Shown here piece after piece: positions 41,501-54,593 of a stretch of 64,000 nucleotides of DNA. The first letter of the stretch is position 1. Every line of letters begins with the position of its first letter. Origin of the DNA: Camelus dromedarius (lineage: Eukaryota). The stretch lies in contig NC_087436.1 of assembly GCF_036321535.1 (NCBI RefSeq), positions 41,914,001 through 41,978,000 on the forward strand, read 5' to 3'. A program made the position numbers and the translations under genes. Below the pieces are notes generated by a model, which searched no databases, was not told the DNA's origin, and worked only from the letters and a program-made list of their open reading frames with translations.

Positions 41501-42776
41501 CTACTACATGATCCATGCAGTATGTACTGTAGGACACACACACAAACGGAGTATTTGAGGAAGACTCTTTAAAAAAAAAAGATCTTTAATATTTATTTGT
41601 TCAACTTAACTTAAGAATATAAAATTATCTATAAAACATATTCTAATTTGAAAAAATATTCCAAATAAATATACCTCATGCTGTACTTACTTAGTTAAGA
41701 ATCTAGAGCCCACATAGGACTCAATTCTTATACTATCAATTTAGAATAGTTTTAAATCGGACTGAATATTGTAAAATTGTAGAAAATCTGTATGAGTCAT
41801 ACAGTGATGGTGTTCTTGGATAGTTACAGTGAATTCCCTTAGAAGTAAGTTGCTGATGTTGTTTTTCTTTCTTTTTTTCCCACTTGTGGCATGACATACG
41901 GCTTTTTTCCACGCATTGGACATTGTTAACAAATTTTCCTAATAGAGGATGAGAAATTAATATTTTAGTTTTAAATTCTCAAGCCGCTTCTATTGTGTTC
42001 ATAGATTTATTGTTTACATTTTATGAAATGTCTGTATCAAAATGGGAAATGTTTATGTTTATAATGGTAAGTTGAAAATATAAGGACACAAACGTATTTA
42101 TACAATAAGACCTCAACTTTTAAAAAAATAAGTAGAAAAAGATTTAATGAAAGATACCAAAATGTTTCCACTGGCTAGTTCTGGAAGATGGTTTGGGGGT
42201 TTTTGTTTAGTTTTTGTTTTTGAGTTGTATGTATCACTTGTCTGTGCTTTCTATGTTTCTTCAATAAGCTCACATCACATATTTGTATAATCAGAAAAAC
42301 AGAAACAAACGTCATCAGTTACATTAAAAATTTTTCAGCTCAATGTTAGATTTATATGCAGAAATATTTTTCAGTAAAAAGAATATTCATCTCTCTTCAG
42401 GTTTCTCCTGTATATGCAATAAAGGAGAGAATTAACAGTTGATAAATTTAAAACAAAAATAAACTAAAACTCAGTCGGTTGTTTTTTTTTATTACCACCA
42501 TATGCTAGCAATTATAAACAATGTCAGTGATAAAATAGCCCTACTTCTAAATTAAACAACCATCTGCACCTGGGACCACCACACTTGCCCCACCCCATCC
42601 CAACCCCCAACCCCATTGCCCCTCATGTCATTTAGGCTGTGGTCATTTTTCTTGTATTAAAACAACACAAAATTGGATTTATGTATCAGTAGCAAGAAGA
42701 ATAATAAAAATCTGACAAACGTAGCCTTTCAGCTAATACAAGACTTTCACTTATGCCATTTTTATACGCTTTACAG

Positions 42777-42931
42777 GGACCGAAGAGGAAGATGAAGGAG
42801 ATGACCTTTTGCTTCGGTCTGTGGATGAGTTCTGGTGGTTTCCTCACATGTGGAGCCACATGCAGCCCCACCTCTTCCACAATGAGTCATCTTTAGTTGA
42901 GCAGATGATTCTCAACAAGGAATTTGCACTG
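42777..42931 (+). CDS. NDST4: NDST4 internal coding exon (155 bp, probably exon 4; phase 1 to 0) with the metal-binding HxxxH motif
   Basis: Acceptor ...tttttatacgctttacAG at 42775-42776 and donor GTgagt at 42932. Translates (G)[59 protein letters not shown] and NKEFAL match NDST4 rather than NDST3 as I recall them. HMWSH is the conserved deacetylase His pair. Confidence 0.95.
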
Positions 42932-42948
42932 GTGAGTACATTTCATTG

Positions 42949-43170
42949 CAGGATTTTTTGAACTATGAGTTGTGATGTATTAGTGGATCATAAAATCAAT
43001 TTATTGGATTTAATCCAATAGAAATGGAATGGAGCAGAAGCTACCAGAGTGCATCACAAGTATTAAGGGTACATATTGCTTTGTATTATTTTGTTTCAGG
43101 CATGTGTGTCTATATGTATTGGGTCACGATGTGTATTTCAAAAAATAGGTCATGGTCAGAAAGTTACTAT
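42949..43170 (+). mobile_element. hAT-Charlie DNA transposon remnant (Charlie4z-like)
   Basis: attagtggatcataaaatcaattta...cagagtgcatcaca..taagggt...tgggtcacgatgtg...ggtcatggtcagaaagtt. It begins 17 nt after the end of the exon. Confidence 0.6.
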
Positions 43171-43335
43171 CTCCTGCTTTAAAACGGAAGGATTATTCTT
43201 GCCTCTGTGAAGAGGGAGAAGAGTACTTTATCCATTGTATTCCTGGTGCACGATAACTGCCCTCTCAAAAAGCATTTGTTGCCAGGGTGAATGAATGGAT
43301 GGATGAATTGAATCATTACAGCAGTGATCCTGGAC

Positions 43336-43517
43336 CAATGGTTCTCAAACTTGAGCAGCATTTTTTTCACCTAGAAAACTTCTTTAAAACATAGCTGCCA
43401 GGCCCACTTCTGGAATTTCAGTTGTAGTAGATTGTCCGAGAGGCCTGAGAATTTGCATTTCCAACAAATTCTCAGATGATGCCTGTGCTCCTGGGACTAC
43501 ACTCTTGAGAACCACTA
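43336..43517. mobile_element. MER5A (hAT-Charlie MITE)
   Basis: TIRs caatggttctcaa...ttgagaaccact and internal gcctgagaatttgcatttccaacaa. Confidence 0.85.
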
Positions 43518-43525
43518 CTCCGGAC

Positions 43526-43872
43526 TAAGATTTCCCAAACTGTGGCCCGTAGGCCACATCTGGCCTACTGCTTGCTTCTTATTGTTCTCAAGCTAAGCTC
43601 ATTTTGTTTGGGTTTTTTTAATTACACTTATAAATGATTGAAAAACAATCAAAGACATATTTTGTGACATAAAAATTATATCAGATTCAAATTTCAATGT
43701 CCAGAAATAAAGTGCTCCAGGAACACTACCACACTCTTCTCTTTATGTATTGTCTGCAGCTGCTTTTTCACTATAACAGCAGAGTTGGGTAGTTTCAAAA
43801 GAGATTCTATGTCCCACAAAGCCTAAAATATTTAGTATCTGGACCTTTACTGAAAAAGTTTGCCCACCCCTG
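43526..43872. mobile_element. MER58B-like hAT-Charlie MITE
   Basis: caaactgtggcccgtaggccacatctggcc...aaagcctaaaatatttagtatctggacctttactgaaaaagtttgcccacccctg. Confidence 0.85.
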
Positions 43873-44261
43873 TGCTAGACAGCAAGGAAGTCAGGTATCC
43901 CTTTAACAATCGAGTGAAAGAAATCTTTTCCCCAGAAAAATACTCAGAGGCACAGTCTCACATCTTCACACGGTGGGGCAGATTGTCACAAGGAGTCTGT
44001 GAATCCCCCAAAGACCCTGAGCCCCAGTTAAAACCTCTTTCTTAAAGTTTTCATTTAAAATAAGCAGTTCATTTGCACTGTGTGATTACTGACATGTTTC
44101 ATTTTTTAAAAGTCAAATTAGGAGGCATAGACCCAAGGCCAGATAAGCATCATATTTTACAATGTTGTGTCTCGGTATTGTGTTAATGGCTCACCCCTCT
44201 TTCCACCTCTACATCCCCAGACCTGGGTCAGATCTGCACATAAACAGGATCCTTACTAGTA

Positions 44262-44505
44262 AGTGTGGGTAGCATACAGAGCAGTTAAGATCATGGACTC
44301 AAGCACCAGAATGCCTGTGTTTGAATCCTGACCTTCCATCAGTGGCTGCCTGATCTTGGACAAAAATTTCTTAGCCTTAGTTTCCTCATCTGTAAAAACG
44401 AGAACAACCGTGGCAACTACCTGTGAGGACTGTTTGAGGATACATATAATAAAGTGCTTAGAGCAGTGCCCGGCATGCGATAAACATTCAGTAGGTGTTA
44501 ATCAA
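44262..44505 (+). mobile_element. MIR SINE
   Basis: gtttgaatcctgacc...ttagtttcctcatctgtaaaa...aaagtgcttagagcagtgcccggca. Confidence 0.85.
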
Positions 44506-47424
44506 TTACGATCTTTGTAAATCCAGACAAGTATGCAGTTCAGTCCTGCTTTTACAAAGCCAAATATTTTTCAATATATGGACTCACAAGAGATTGATCT
44601 TCACTTACTTTTAGGGAACGTCTAACAAATTTTGTACTGCTTCATAACATTGGAAAATTAAGTAAATATTCCCTTTACAAAAAATAAACTTCCCTTGAGC
44701 ATGCATGCTGAATTTTCCTAGTGCGGTTACCTTGAAAATAAACTGTGTTTATCATTTGGCTTAAACCTCCCCCATTTCATTCTCACTCTGAAGCCTTGCT
44801 TTTTAGGCATGTAGATTATATTTCATAATGGTTGATTTCACCTGTTTGTGTAATTTCTTTTTTAAAAGCCATGCTGAAAGCACTGGGAAAGACTCAGATG
44901 TAATTGCTTTGTAATGAAATGTTGAAAGCTATTTGGAGTCCATTCAGAACAATTACATTTGTTTAGTCAGTGTAGCTAGAAGCTAGACTGAAACCTATAA
45001 ATGTATTTTGTATAAGAAAAACAAAATCTTATTATATGTTGCATAATCAAAATATTACAACTAAAGTGAAGTCCGTTAAACACACATACTGAAATGACAT
45101 TGTCCTTTTCCTTCTGGTATTAAGCTCAATAAAACTTCTCAGGACTCCAAGCAGTGACACACAGAACCCCACCTGTAACTGTAAGCATAGGATGACAATA
45201 TGTGTGTTGTCCAGAGAGCCAGGAAATGTATTTCTTTCTTATTAAATTAGTATCTTTTCATATCCAGATGACACTTCAAAACCCTCAACGATATCAAGAT
45301 GGGAATAGGATAGTGGAAAGCACTATATTGGCAGGCTACATTTTAGCCCTGACTGCTAGTAACAAGTTCTAACACAGCTGGCAACTCATTTAATGTCTTC
45401 ATGCCTCGGTTTCCTCCCTTGAAATGGTAATGATTCCCTTTTTCATTCTCGAAACTACAGAGTTTTTAGGTAATTAATTTACATCAGCTCATCTGCCAAC
45501 CAAAAGCACTGGACCAGATAAGCCACTGATCAATTCCAATTCTAAAATTCCGTGATCATTGACAACGTCAGTCCACAAATTTGGAATGAATGTCTTGAAA
45601 TACTCATCTAGCTGGAACTGAAGCAATTATGGAAAGAGATTTTCAAACTAAATGACCAGTTTATACTGAAAAAAATCAAAAGTGTTTAAATCTCCTTCTT
45701 ATTCCATGCTGACATTCCTCCCTGTTCCTTGGGATGACCTTGGCTGGCAGAGGGATTATGAGTGGAAAGCACAGTTGTTCTCACAAGATTTACAAAAGTG
45801 ATTCAAATAACATAGCTGTATATTGATATCTTAAAAAATTAGGCAATCAATCAAAATGTGTTTTTTGGTAGAATTTCTCTGAATTCTCTTGGGATAGAGT
45901 TTATTTTCTGTTCTAATATGTCTAAAAATCATGAGAAAAACATATGCAAGAGTGTTTCTTTACTTCATTATGTTAGAAGAACCATATTACTATGAAGTAT
46001 GGTCATTTCTTAACCCATGCATACTTATGTATGCAATATGTTTAATCCATGCACGCGTGTGTATGTTGCATGTGTGTGTGTATATATATATTTACATCTT
46101 TAATCCATGAACACATGCCATGTGAGTGTGTGCATGCACATGTATATTTGTATAGAAGGTGATTCTAACGATTTGCACAGGCAGCCAAGATATGGTCATT
46201 ATAAGATGCTACACTTGTATGGCGATGGGGTGGGGGGAAATATTTTTTAATTCTTTCTCTTGCTAAATAATGTTTTTTGCTGTCACTAAATAGAAGCAAG
46301 ACTTCAAAGATGACAGCAAACAAACTAAGGCTAAAGAGAACAAGGATCATCAGCTAATATTAAAATGTCTGATGAAAAAGTTACTAAAAATTGTTCCTGA
46401 CCTAACCCACATCTCCTTTTCAAACACAGAGAGAATGCCTGTAGGATAAACCTGAATTATTTATTTTTATTCCACAGTAGATTTGGGAGGGGGGGGAGTA
46501 CGAAATGGTGTTTTGTTGCTTTAAGTTTTGCATATAGATGCATTAAAATCTCCGAATGAGTGGGGCCTTTTCAGTTCACTAATAGTAACAGACCAAAAAT
46601 CCTGAAGGGAAAAAGAGTACTTTTTGTCTTCAATGCTAACTTCAAAAATGCTGTGCTTTTTTTTGACATTTTGTCAAACAGTTGGAAATCTTATTCATGA
46701 GTAAATAAGTGAAGTATTCTTGAAATAAAGGCATAGGTTTTTAAAGTCTGCTTTTAAAATGCTACACATATTTAAGAACTTTATGTAATGTTTTTTCTTA
46801 ATAAGACACAATATTCGTGATATGAAAAATTCTGACATTTAAAATGCTCTCATAAAACCCAAACTCATCAAAGAGTGACTGTGGACAATCTTCAAGTGTC
46901 ATAATGGCCTGCACACTAAATCAGCTATGTAGAGATTTCAGTTAAAAATAAAAGGAGTATGAGAGTGTAATTAATGGCACATTAACATAAAACAGAGAGC
47001 GGGCTACCTTTCAATAGCTGCTATGCCTGTTTCTTTACTAAATTATGCAGTATATAGCCTTGTACTGTGCGACAAATACCAGATGTCAAGAAACCCTGAT
47101 CAGTACAATTAACAGGGTATTTCAACGTTAGGAAATGTAGAGGTGATACTATTTAATCAAAATTTTGACCAAATATTGATTTAATGAACGTTTACTATGG
47201 AGCAAATAGTGTATTTTGGAGGCTTAACGATGGGTAAGGCAGTCTGTGCACTCAGCAGAGCGGACACTCACATGAGATGGATGTAGAGAAAACACGAAGA
47301 AGCAAAGCATCCAGGCGCAGGAAAGTTTAAAAGACTTGCAGCAACTGCATGAGTTCCTGAGGGAGCCTGCAGAATACACACCCGTGTGGTACAAATATCT
47401 ACATAAAATACTTCAGGAATTGAG

Positions 47425-47762
47425 TGTACTTGTTATCTATTGCTTCATAAAAAGTTAGCCCAAAACTTAACAACTTAAAACCAGACACATTAATATCTAA
47501 CAGTTAATGTAGGTCGGGAAGTTGAATGTGGCATAACTAGATCCTACATGTCAGGGTCTCTCAGAGGACGTCAACCAAGGTGTCAGCCAGGGCAGCAGTC
47601 GAGGCTCAACCAGAGGGTGGACCAGCTCAGAAGCTCACTCACGAGGCTGTTGACAAGATTCAGTTCCTTGTGGATTGTTGGCCTGTGGACCTGAGTTTCT
47701 CTCAGTTGTTGCCTCAGTTCCTTGCCACATGAGTCACTCCAGAGGGCAACTCACAACATGCA
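47425..47762 (-). mobile_element. MaLR LTR (MLT1F/G-like), truncated
   Basis: ttatctattgcttcataa...ccaaaacttaacaacttaaaac...aaggtgtcagccagggcagcagtc...gattcagttccttgtggattg. Confidence 0.75.
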
Positions 47763-49497
47763 GGTTGTTTGGACATTTTGGATCCTTTGAATGTCCATAT
47801 CAGTTTTAGGATCAGCTTATCAATTTCTGCACAATGGCCAGCTAGGAAAAAATGTAGTAAATTTTTTGTTTCAGTATTTGTATGTTTCAGTTCCAGGATT
47901 TCCACTTGATTCTTCTTTACAATTTCTATATTTGTATTGACAACTCTATTTGATGAGTCTTTGTCATTGTACATTCCTTTCTGTCTGTATGTATGAAACC
48001 ATATGAATTTTAGAATCAGCTTATCAATTTTCAGTTCTTAGAGTATATTTGAAATCTTTGCCTGCTAAATCTGGCATCTGGGTCTTTTAAGGCAATTTGC
48101 ACTGCTTGCTTTATTTTCCTGTGTATGGGCCACACTTTCCAGTTTCTTAGCATAGCTTGTAATTTTCTGTTTAAAAGTGGACATTTTAAATAATGTTTAT
48201 AGCACTCTTGATATTGATCCCCTCTCCCTACCATTAAGGTTTTGTTGTTATTGTTACTTATTTATTTATTTGTTTAGTATATGAACAGGCAATTTAAGTG
48301 AAGACTTTCTCCCCTGCAGTGTGAAGCCTCAGTGTCACGGAGGGAGCACAGTCACTCTGGAATAACAGTAGTTTTAGCAAGGTTACGTTTGCATCTTTTC
48401 CTGATGTCTCTGTTAAGCTGTCTGCCTCTGGTATAAAAGTTAGCCAGATATGAGCTTACCCTAATTACCAACAACACATTCTACTGTTTTTGACAGTGCC
48501 CTAGGGTGCAAATTGTGCCATAGTCTGGACCAATAAAATGTGGTCCTTTTTGCAATAGTCTTTGAGGTCGGTGTATGAAGCTTTTTATGACTCCAGGAGT
48601 AACATTAGCTATCTCTTTCCCTGATTATCTGTAGTAAACTTTTGTTTGGTCTATTATCAGCTTGTTGCTGATTTTAATTAAAATAAAAACAACCTCCTCT
48701 TAATTGCTTACCATCAAAATTTTCATTTGTTTCCAAGGGTGACCTTAGGCTGGAACTTAACTTTCTGTCCCAAATAAAGTCAATTCCCTTGGACAGAAGT
48801 TAGGAAAGCTCTCTCTTTATGACCTTCCTCTCACCCTGGGCAAATTCTCTGCACCAATGCTCCAGAGCTGAGGGTGGAGACAATGACTTACTTCTCTCAA
48901 AGTGACTCCCAGATTTATGATCAGGGTGCTGGGTTGTGATGGTAGCCTCTGGTCTTCTCAGCTTGCCTCTCCTGGCTTAGAACCACCACCCTACAACTGA
49001 GCTGGAGCCAGGACAAATCATGGTTCCAGTGTTCATGGTCTGCCTTGGGGCATAACTTCAGCACTATGACTGTGGCTACCTAAAGGAGGAGACTGCCAGA
49101 TCCCTCAGCTGTTCTTGCCTAAAATAGAGACTCTGCACCCAGAGCTGCAGAGAGGAGAAATGCTGGTGGCCTATCACTCTCAGGGAGAATCACAGCTCTA
49201 AACTGGAAGCGAAGGAGAAAGGAACCCCTATGTTCTTGGATGCACCCAACTTGGGTGGGATTTTGTCACTCTAAACTGAAACTAGTGGAGAAAATGGTGG
49301 GTCATGGTTCAAATGCCACAGACTTGCACTGTTCTTATCAATCATAGTAGATATTCTTGAATAAATGTTTCTTCATTTACTGTATGTTCTTGGTTCCTTT
49401 TCCAGAGATTTGAATTTTTTTTAATAATTTCTACCAGTTATGGTTGTTTTGCTGGGAGAGGGTCCACAGAGCTCCTCACAGCACCATTCCAGAAGTC
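47763..49497 (-). mobile_element. Old L1M 5'UTR/ORF1-start segment joined to short ORF2 pieces
   Basis: Reverse-strand ORF1-like KKNQVEILELKHTNTETKN. The 5' terminus gacttctggaatggtgctgtgaggagctctgtggaccctctc lies near 49497. ORF2-like EIDKLILKLIW at 47765-47835. Confidence 0.75.
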
Positions 49498-52400
49498 TGA
49501 ATTCTCTCGTCATGTTGGTTTGTTTCAAAGCCTCTTCACTGGTCTCCAGTTCCACTCTTGGTCCTGTTGAGTCTATTCTTGTCAAAGCAGCTACAATGAT
49601 CTTGTTAACATGTAATTCAGATTCTATCGCATTTCATCTCAAATGCTTCCAAACTATCTTAAAATAGCCCACAAGGCCCTCAGATCTGACCCCTTGTTCA
49701 TGTACAGTGTGCTCCTATGTGACTTTTTTGTGCCTCCCTTCACACAGTCCTTGATAACAACGGTTGATCTTCACTGTTGTCACACTTGTGTTGTGCTCCT
49801 TCTCCCGGTTGGTTGACCCTGGTTTTGACCCCAGGGTTCTCCTACTCTTTCTATAAATCACTGCTGACCTAACTCTGCTCAGGCTCTGGGGTTCTTGAAT
49901 TTGAAGGAGCATTTCCCTACTTCCCATTCTCCATACCGTCTACCCACACTTAAGAACAAATTAGAAAGGCATGGGCTAAGGAATATTTTAGTGACATCAT
50001 CTTGTGTTAATTCAAAAATTATCCTTGCCAGTAATGAAAAGAAGTAGAGGAGTTAGAAAAAAGTATTTGTTTTGTCTCTTCCAACTAAAAGTAAATTATG
50101 TTCTAGTCTTATCTTCCATTTCCCCTTTTCCTTGCTCCCTAAGGATGTGATGACTTTCATTTTACGTCATTTTTTTATGTATTTCAATCTAGGTAATCCA
50201 CTATCCTAACTCTCCATACCAAAGTTGCCATCCTACTTTTAGATTGAAGCCCTGTGATAGACATGCAGCTACAATTGTTGGTAATTTCCCCTGATAAGCT
50301 AGAATTTCTAGACTGGGTTTTCAAATTAAAACTCTGTATTTTTGGAAGTAATTTGTTTGTTAAATCTGTTGTGTCTCTTATTGAATCAATATTTTAAATC
50401 CTAAAGCAAGGTAGGCATAACATATTTTTAAATTTGAAAAAAAGCATTAAATAATGAAATCAAGTATTAATGGCATTTCCTTGGAAGACAGAGCAGTGAA
50501 AATTTGCTAAATGCTTAGTAAATGGAATATCCGTATGATCTTGAATATATTAAATTCTACTTATTGGAAGCCTATGATGAGTAAAATGGTCTTAGGAAGG
50601 AAGAAATAATAAAATCACAGTGGGAAGATTATAGGACACCAAACAGCAAACTTGAAGCTCATTTATATGAGCACTTAAATGATTTTGTTGCTAAATATAA
50701 AACATTTATTTATAGATGGCATTTTCCAACAGTTTAAGAGTTTTTCCATATATCCACATGGTCAGCAAAGATATCTCTTAATCATTATGTCTGTTAATTA
50801 TTTTTTTCTCTTTATGATGTACATACATTTCTCATAAATTGTTTGAAAGTGTTGTTCACAGACACAATTCATCCATCACCATATTCCTTTTCTGTGACGA
50901 TATTGCCTACCACAGTCCTTTGTACTTTCCTGTTAATACTCTTGTGTCTCATTCAGGATAGTCAAAATTCCACACCTATAGATTCAGTCTTTAATATTTG
51001 CTATATCAAGGTGGAATATTGTGTTACAATGAGTGAACTATCCATTTGTCACTGAGAAACTTCAGCATTTGAGTGCTTTATTGTTTTAACCATTTCAGAG
51101 AGTCACTGTCTAAAGTACATAATTGATTGCTTTTAAATTGCTAAACGTGTGCTGAGCATCATGTCCCATTTTTCAGGAGGACTAAAGGTTTTCATGTTAA
51201 TACGAATGATTTTACTGTACTGTGTTCTTGCTGTGCTCTCAGAATTGGCTGGAATTATGTGGAATTTTTGTTCCTAAACTGTATTCCTAGAATTTTTTAG
51301 TTCTTGTGTCTACTTTTCAATTTTTCCAGTCTATAGTTTGTAATATTGGTAGCTTCTAGCCATCGTCTTGCTATCTGGGTCTACCAGCCAGATTCCCATT
51401 TCAGTAAAATGAAGTGGTCAGACTAGATGACCACTGAGGACCCTGATGTCTCTAAATCTGTATGAATTTGAGTTGCCCTGAGCTTGGAGATCACATAGAG
51501 CAAGTGTCTTAAGCTTGTTTCTAAAGTAGTAGTGAAAGCCCTCAATTTCACAAATGATAAAACTGAGCTCATAAGTGACTTGTACTTGGTCACCCAGAGA
51601 ACCCATGCTCTGCTTTGTGGTTCCTAATCCAATTCTCTCTCAATTGTACCACACAGCACACTCAAGAAAGAGCTGATCTTCTGTGGGAGAACCAGACAGT
51701 ATGTCCCCAAGATAAAATGAACCAACTTGTGTGCCCTGTTTTCCTAAAGGCATTTTGTTAACCATAGTCCAGGTAATTAAGGTAGTATACAAGTGACCTC
51801 TGCAAAACTGAATAAATGGTGAAGAACATAGACTTTTCTTTCTGTATGAGAGAAGATGTTATTGTACAAACTTCAAAGATTAGTATGAAAAACTGAAGTG
51901 TATAAATGACGTAATGATCAGTGTATTGCATAACCGTTAAAAATACTTTGATTTCTCTTTCAGCTACCCATTAACAGTGGATAGGGTTTTTACCCCTTTT
52001 TCAAGTAGGACGATATGGCTTAATAAAGTTCTTAGCTAGTTTATTCAAGCAGTCCCTAAGATTTTCAATTCCTGTTTTCACCAAACCTACAACATGAAGA
52101 ATAGCATGAACTTTTTGCCTGAAAATTAGAATTGTTTTTTTACTAGCTATTAATATTCATACTACTTAGTAATGGATTTAGAGGGGAAAACGGCTTTTCT
52201 TGGCATGTGTTGTATCATGGTAAGTCCTTGACTTGCTGGTCTGGTATTGACAGCTGGATGAAAGAATTTCCCTTAGAGAGAAAATGTCTATAATACATGT
52301 TTATCTATTTGATTTCCTAGCAGAGGGCACCATCAGATACCCTTATCCCCCAAATTCCTATTTTAGCTGCAGCATCTTTTTTTTTCCATCAAGTAGCTAT

Positions 52401-53174
52401 TGTATTTCTGAACATGTTTAACCTCAGAGGAATAAATACCACCTACAACATGCACTTTAATATCGAGCAGCAATAATTGAAGGAAATGAACTATTTTTAT
52501 CACTCAAATGCATTAATGTGGATCTATCAAGGCTTGCCTCTGTCTGTTCTGGAGAACTTGTTATCACTATTTTTGGGAAGTGTAAAGTCTTCAAAGTCAT
52601 TCCTCCTGCTTTATAGCTCTTACACATTTAAATCATCTTTCAAGATTAACTAGAGGAACTCCAATTATTTTCAAGTGCTGATACATAAAACAGTTGCAAC
52701 AAAGTTTTCCCCCTAGGAGATAAGCTGCTAACAGCTTAAAGTAGTTGTTAATATTTAATTTCTTGCTTTAAAGTGAATAAATATTTCCTCTAATTATTAA
52801 GTTTTATTTGTATAACATGGAGCAATAAACTATGCACAAAATACAAAAGAAAAAGTCATGTTCCTCTGAAGAAAACAAAACCTTAGCTATTTTTACACAT
52901 AAAAATCTTTCAGAACATGAGTTTACCCTATGCGTGCCATTAGCTAATTGCTCACAGTATTAGTTACTGTCATTTTTACCTTATTTCTTCAGGAAGTAGG
53001 TGACAACTGCTTTTGAAATAAGGGGTTGATGATGATAAAACCACCATGTGACTTTTTCAAGGTCATGTAACATGCAAATGAAAGATGAGCGTTACTTACA
53101 AGCACAACTTTTACACATCAATGCTTCTTTTTTTTGGAATGTTTGGCATTAATGATTAAAAATTGTGCTTTTAA

Positions 53175-53241
53175 TCACTGGGACATTGTGCTGTACACCA
53201 GAAATTGACACATTGTAACCAATGGTATTTCAATTAAAAAA
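53175..53241 (+). mobile_element. Very short 5'-truncated younger L1 3' end with 17-bp TSD
   Basis: tgggacattgtgctgtacaccagaaattgacacattgtaac...caatt plus poly-A. TSD aaaaattgtgcttttaa (53158-53174) / aaaagttgtgcttttaa (53242-53258). Confidence 0.9.
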
Positions 53242-53847
53242 AAAAGTTGTGCTTTTAAAGAAAAAAGTGAAAAAAATTTTTATAGAATTGATACATGTAT
53301 ATGTGAACTCGAATTGTTGGAATTATTGCTTTATAATTATGTCCAAAATTTTTCAGACACTTCCTCCAGTGTGGAAAAAGTACCTCCCGTCTTTCATTTG
53401 TTCAGTGTCTGTTCCTTTCTTTCTACCTTTCCTTCCTTTCTCCCTCTTTCCTTCCCGTCCTTTCCACAACAGCTAATCAGTGAATATGTATTATCTGCTA
53501 AGCACTTTACTCAGCACCTGGGATGCAAAAATGAATGAGATGCAGCTTATTCTCAGAGATTTTACTGAAATTTAACAAAATGGCTTTTCAGGTTTTTGAG
53601 AGAAATGTACAGAGCCCAGCAAAGCCACAAAGGAGACACGGGTTAGTTATAAAAGGAAGAAAAACAGTAAACAGAGACATTTGAGGTAATGATATTTGTG
53701 AAAAATGAGTAGATGTGCTTGAGGCAGAAGGCAGGGGAGAGCATCCAAGCAGAGTGAGCAGGGTGAGGAAGAGCACAAAATAGTGCCTGAAACAACATCT
53801 TCCACTCTTCTAACACATAACATTTCTTCAGCAACGACCTGACTGTG

Positions 53848-54058
53848 AACCAGGAAACTGTTGCCTGAGGGATTTGTCCGGCAGCTTGTTTTTGTATCAT
53901 TGGTATGCTAAGAGTGGGCTTTACATTTTTAAATGGTTGTAAAAACCAAGTAAACAAAACAAACAAAAAAAAATATGTGACAGAGACATTATGTTGCTGG
54001 CAAAGCCAAAAATATTTACTACATGTCTCTTGAGAGAAAAAGCCTTCTAAACTTTGAC
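53848..54058. mobile_element. MER58A-like hAT MITE
   Basis: gctaagagtgggctttacatttttaaatggttg...atatgtgacagagac...aagccaaaatatttacta. Confidence 0.7.
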
Positions 54059-54593
54059 CCACACACATAATGATGCAGAGGAAGGTGTATCAAATTAGAA
54101 TCAAAATAATGGACAGTATTTCATAAATCCCTAATTAATGCACATTTATCCATAGTGATTATTGGTAACCTGCTGTGTCCTTAGAAATATGAAATTTATG
54201 CAATATAAAATATGTTCCTGATAATCCTGGCCTTTATGAGTCTCCAAAAGGATCATGAAATATTGAGGAAAGGAAGAAGAAATTGATTTGGTGTCAGAAG
54301 AGGCTTTGAGTTGGGAATTAGGAGATGAGACTGTGTGGCTTACGTGGGGCCTGAATTCCTATTTTTCTCCCTAAGCTTTAGGGCCTTAGAGACCCTAAAT
54401 CCACCTGTACTGATCACTTTTGCTTAGAATTCTACTTTTTGAAATTCCAGTTTTCCAGATTCTCGTGTCACCTCGCCTAATTAATGTATTCTAATCCACT
54501 GTTGTCCTGTAACCTCTTAGATCAGCACTCTTGTGTACCTTTTATACATAAGAGTAGAAGTGGGCTGCTTAGCCACAAGGCATGAGAATGCTT

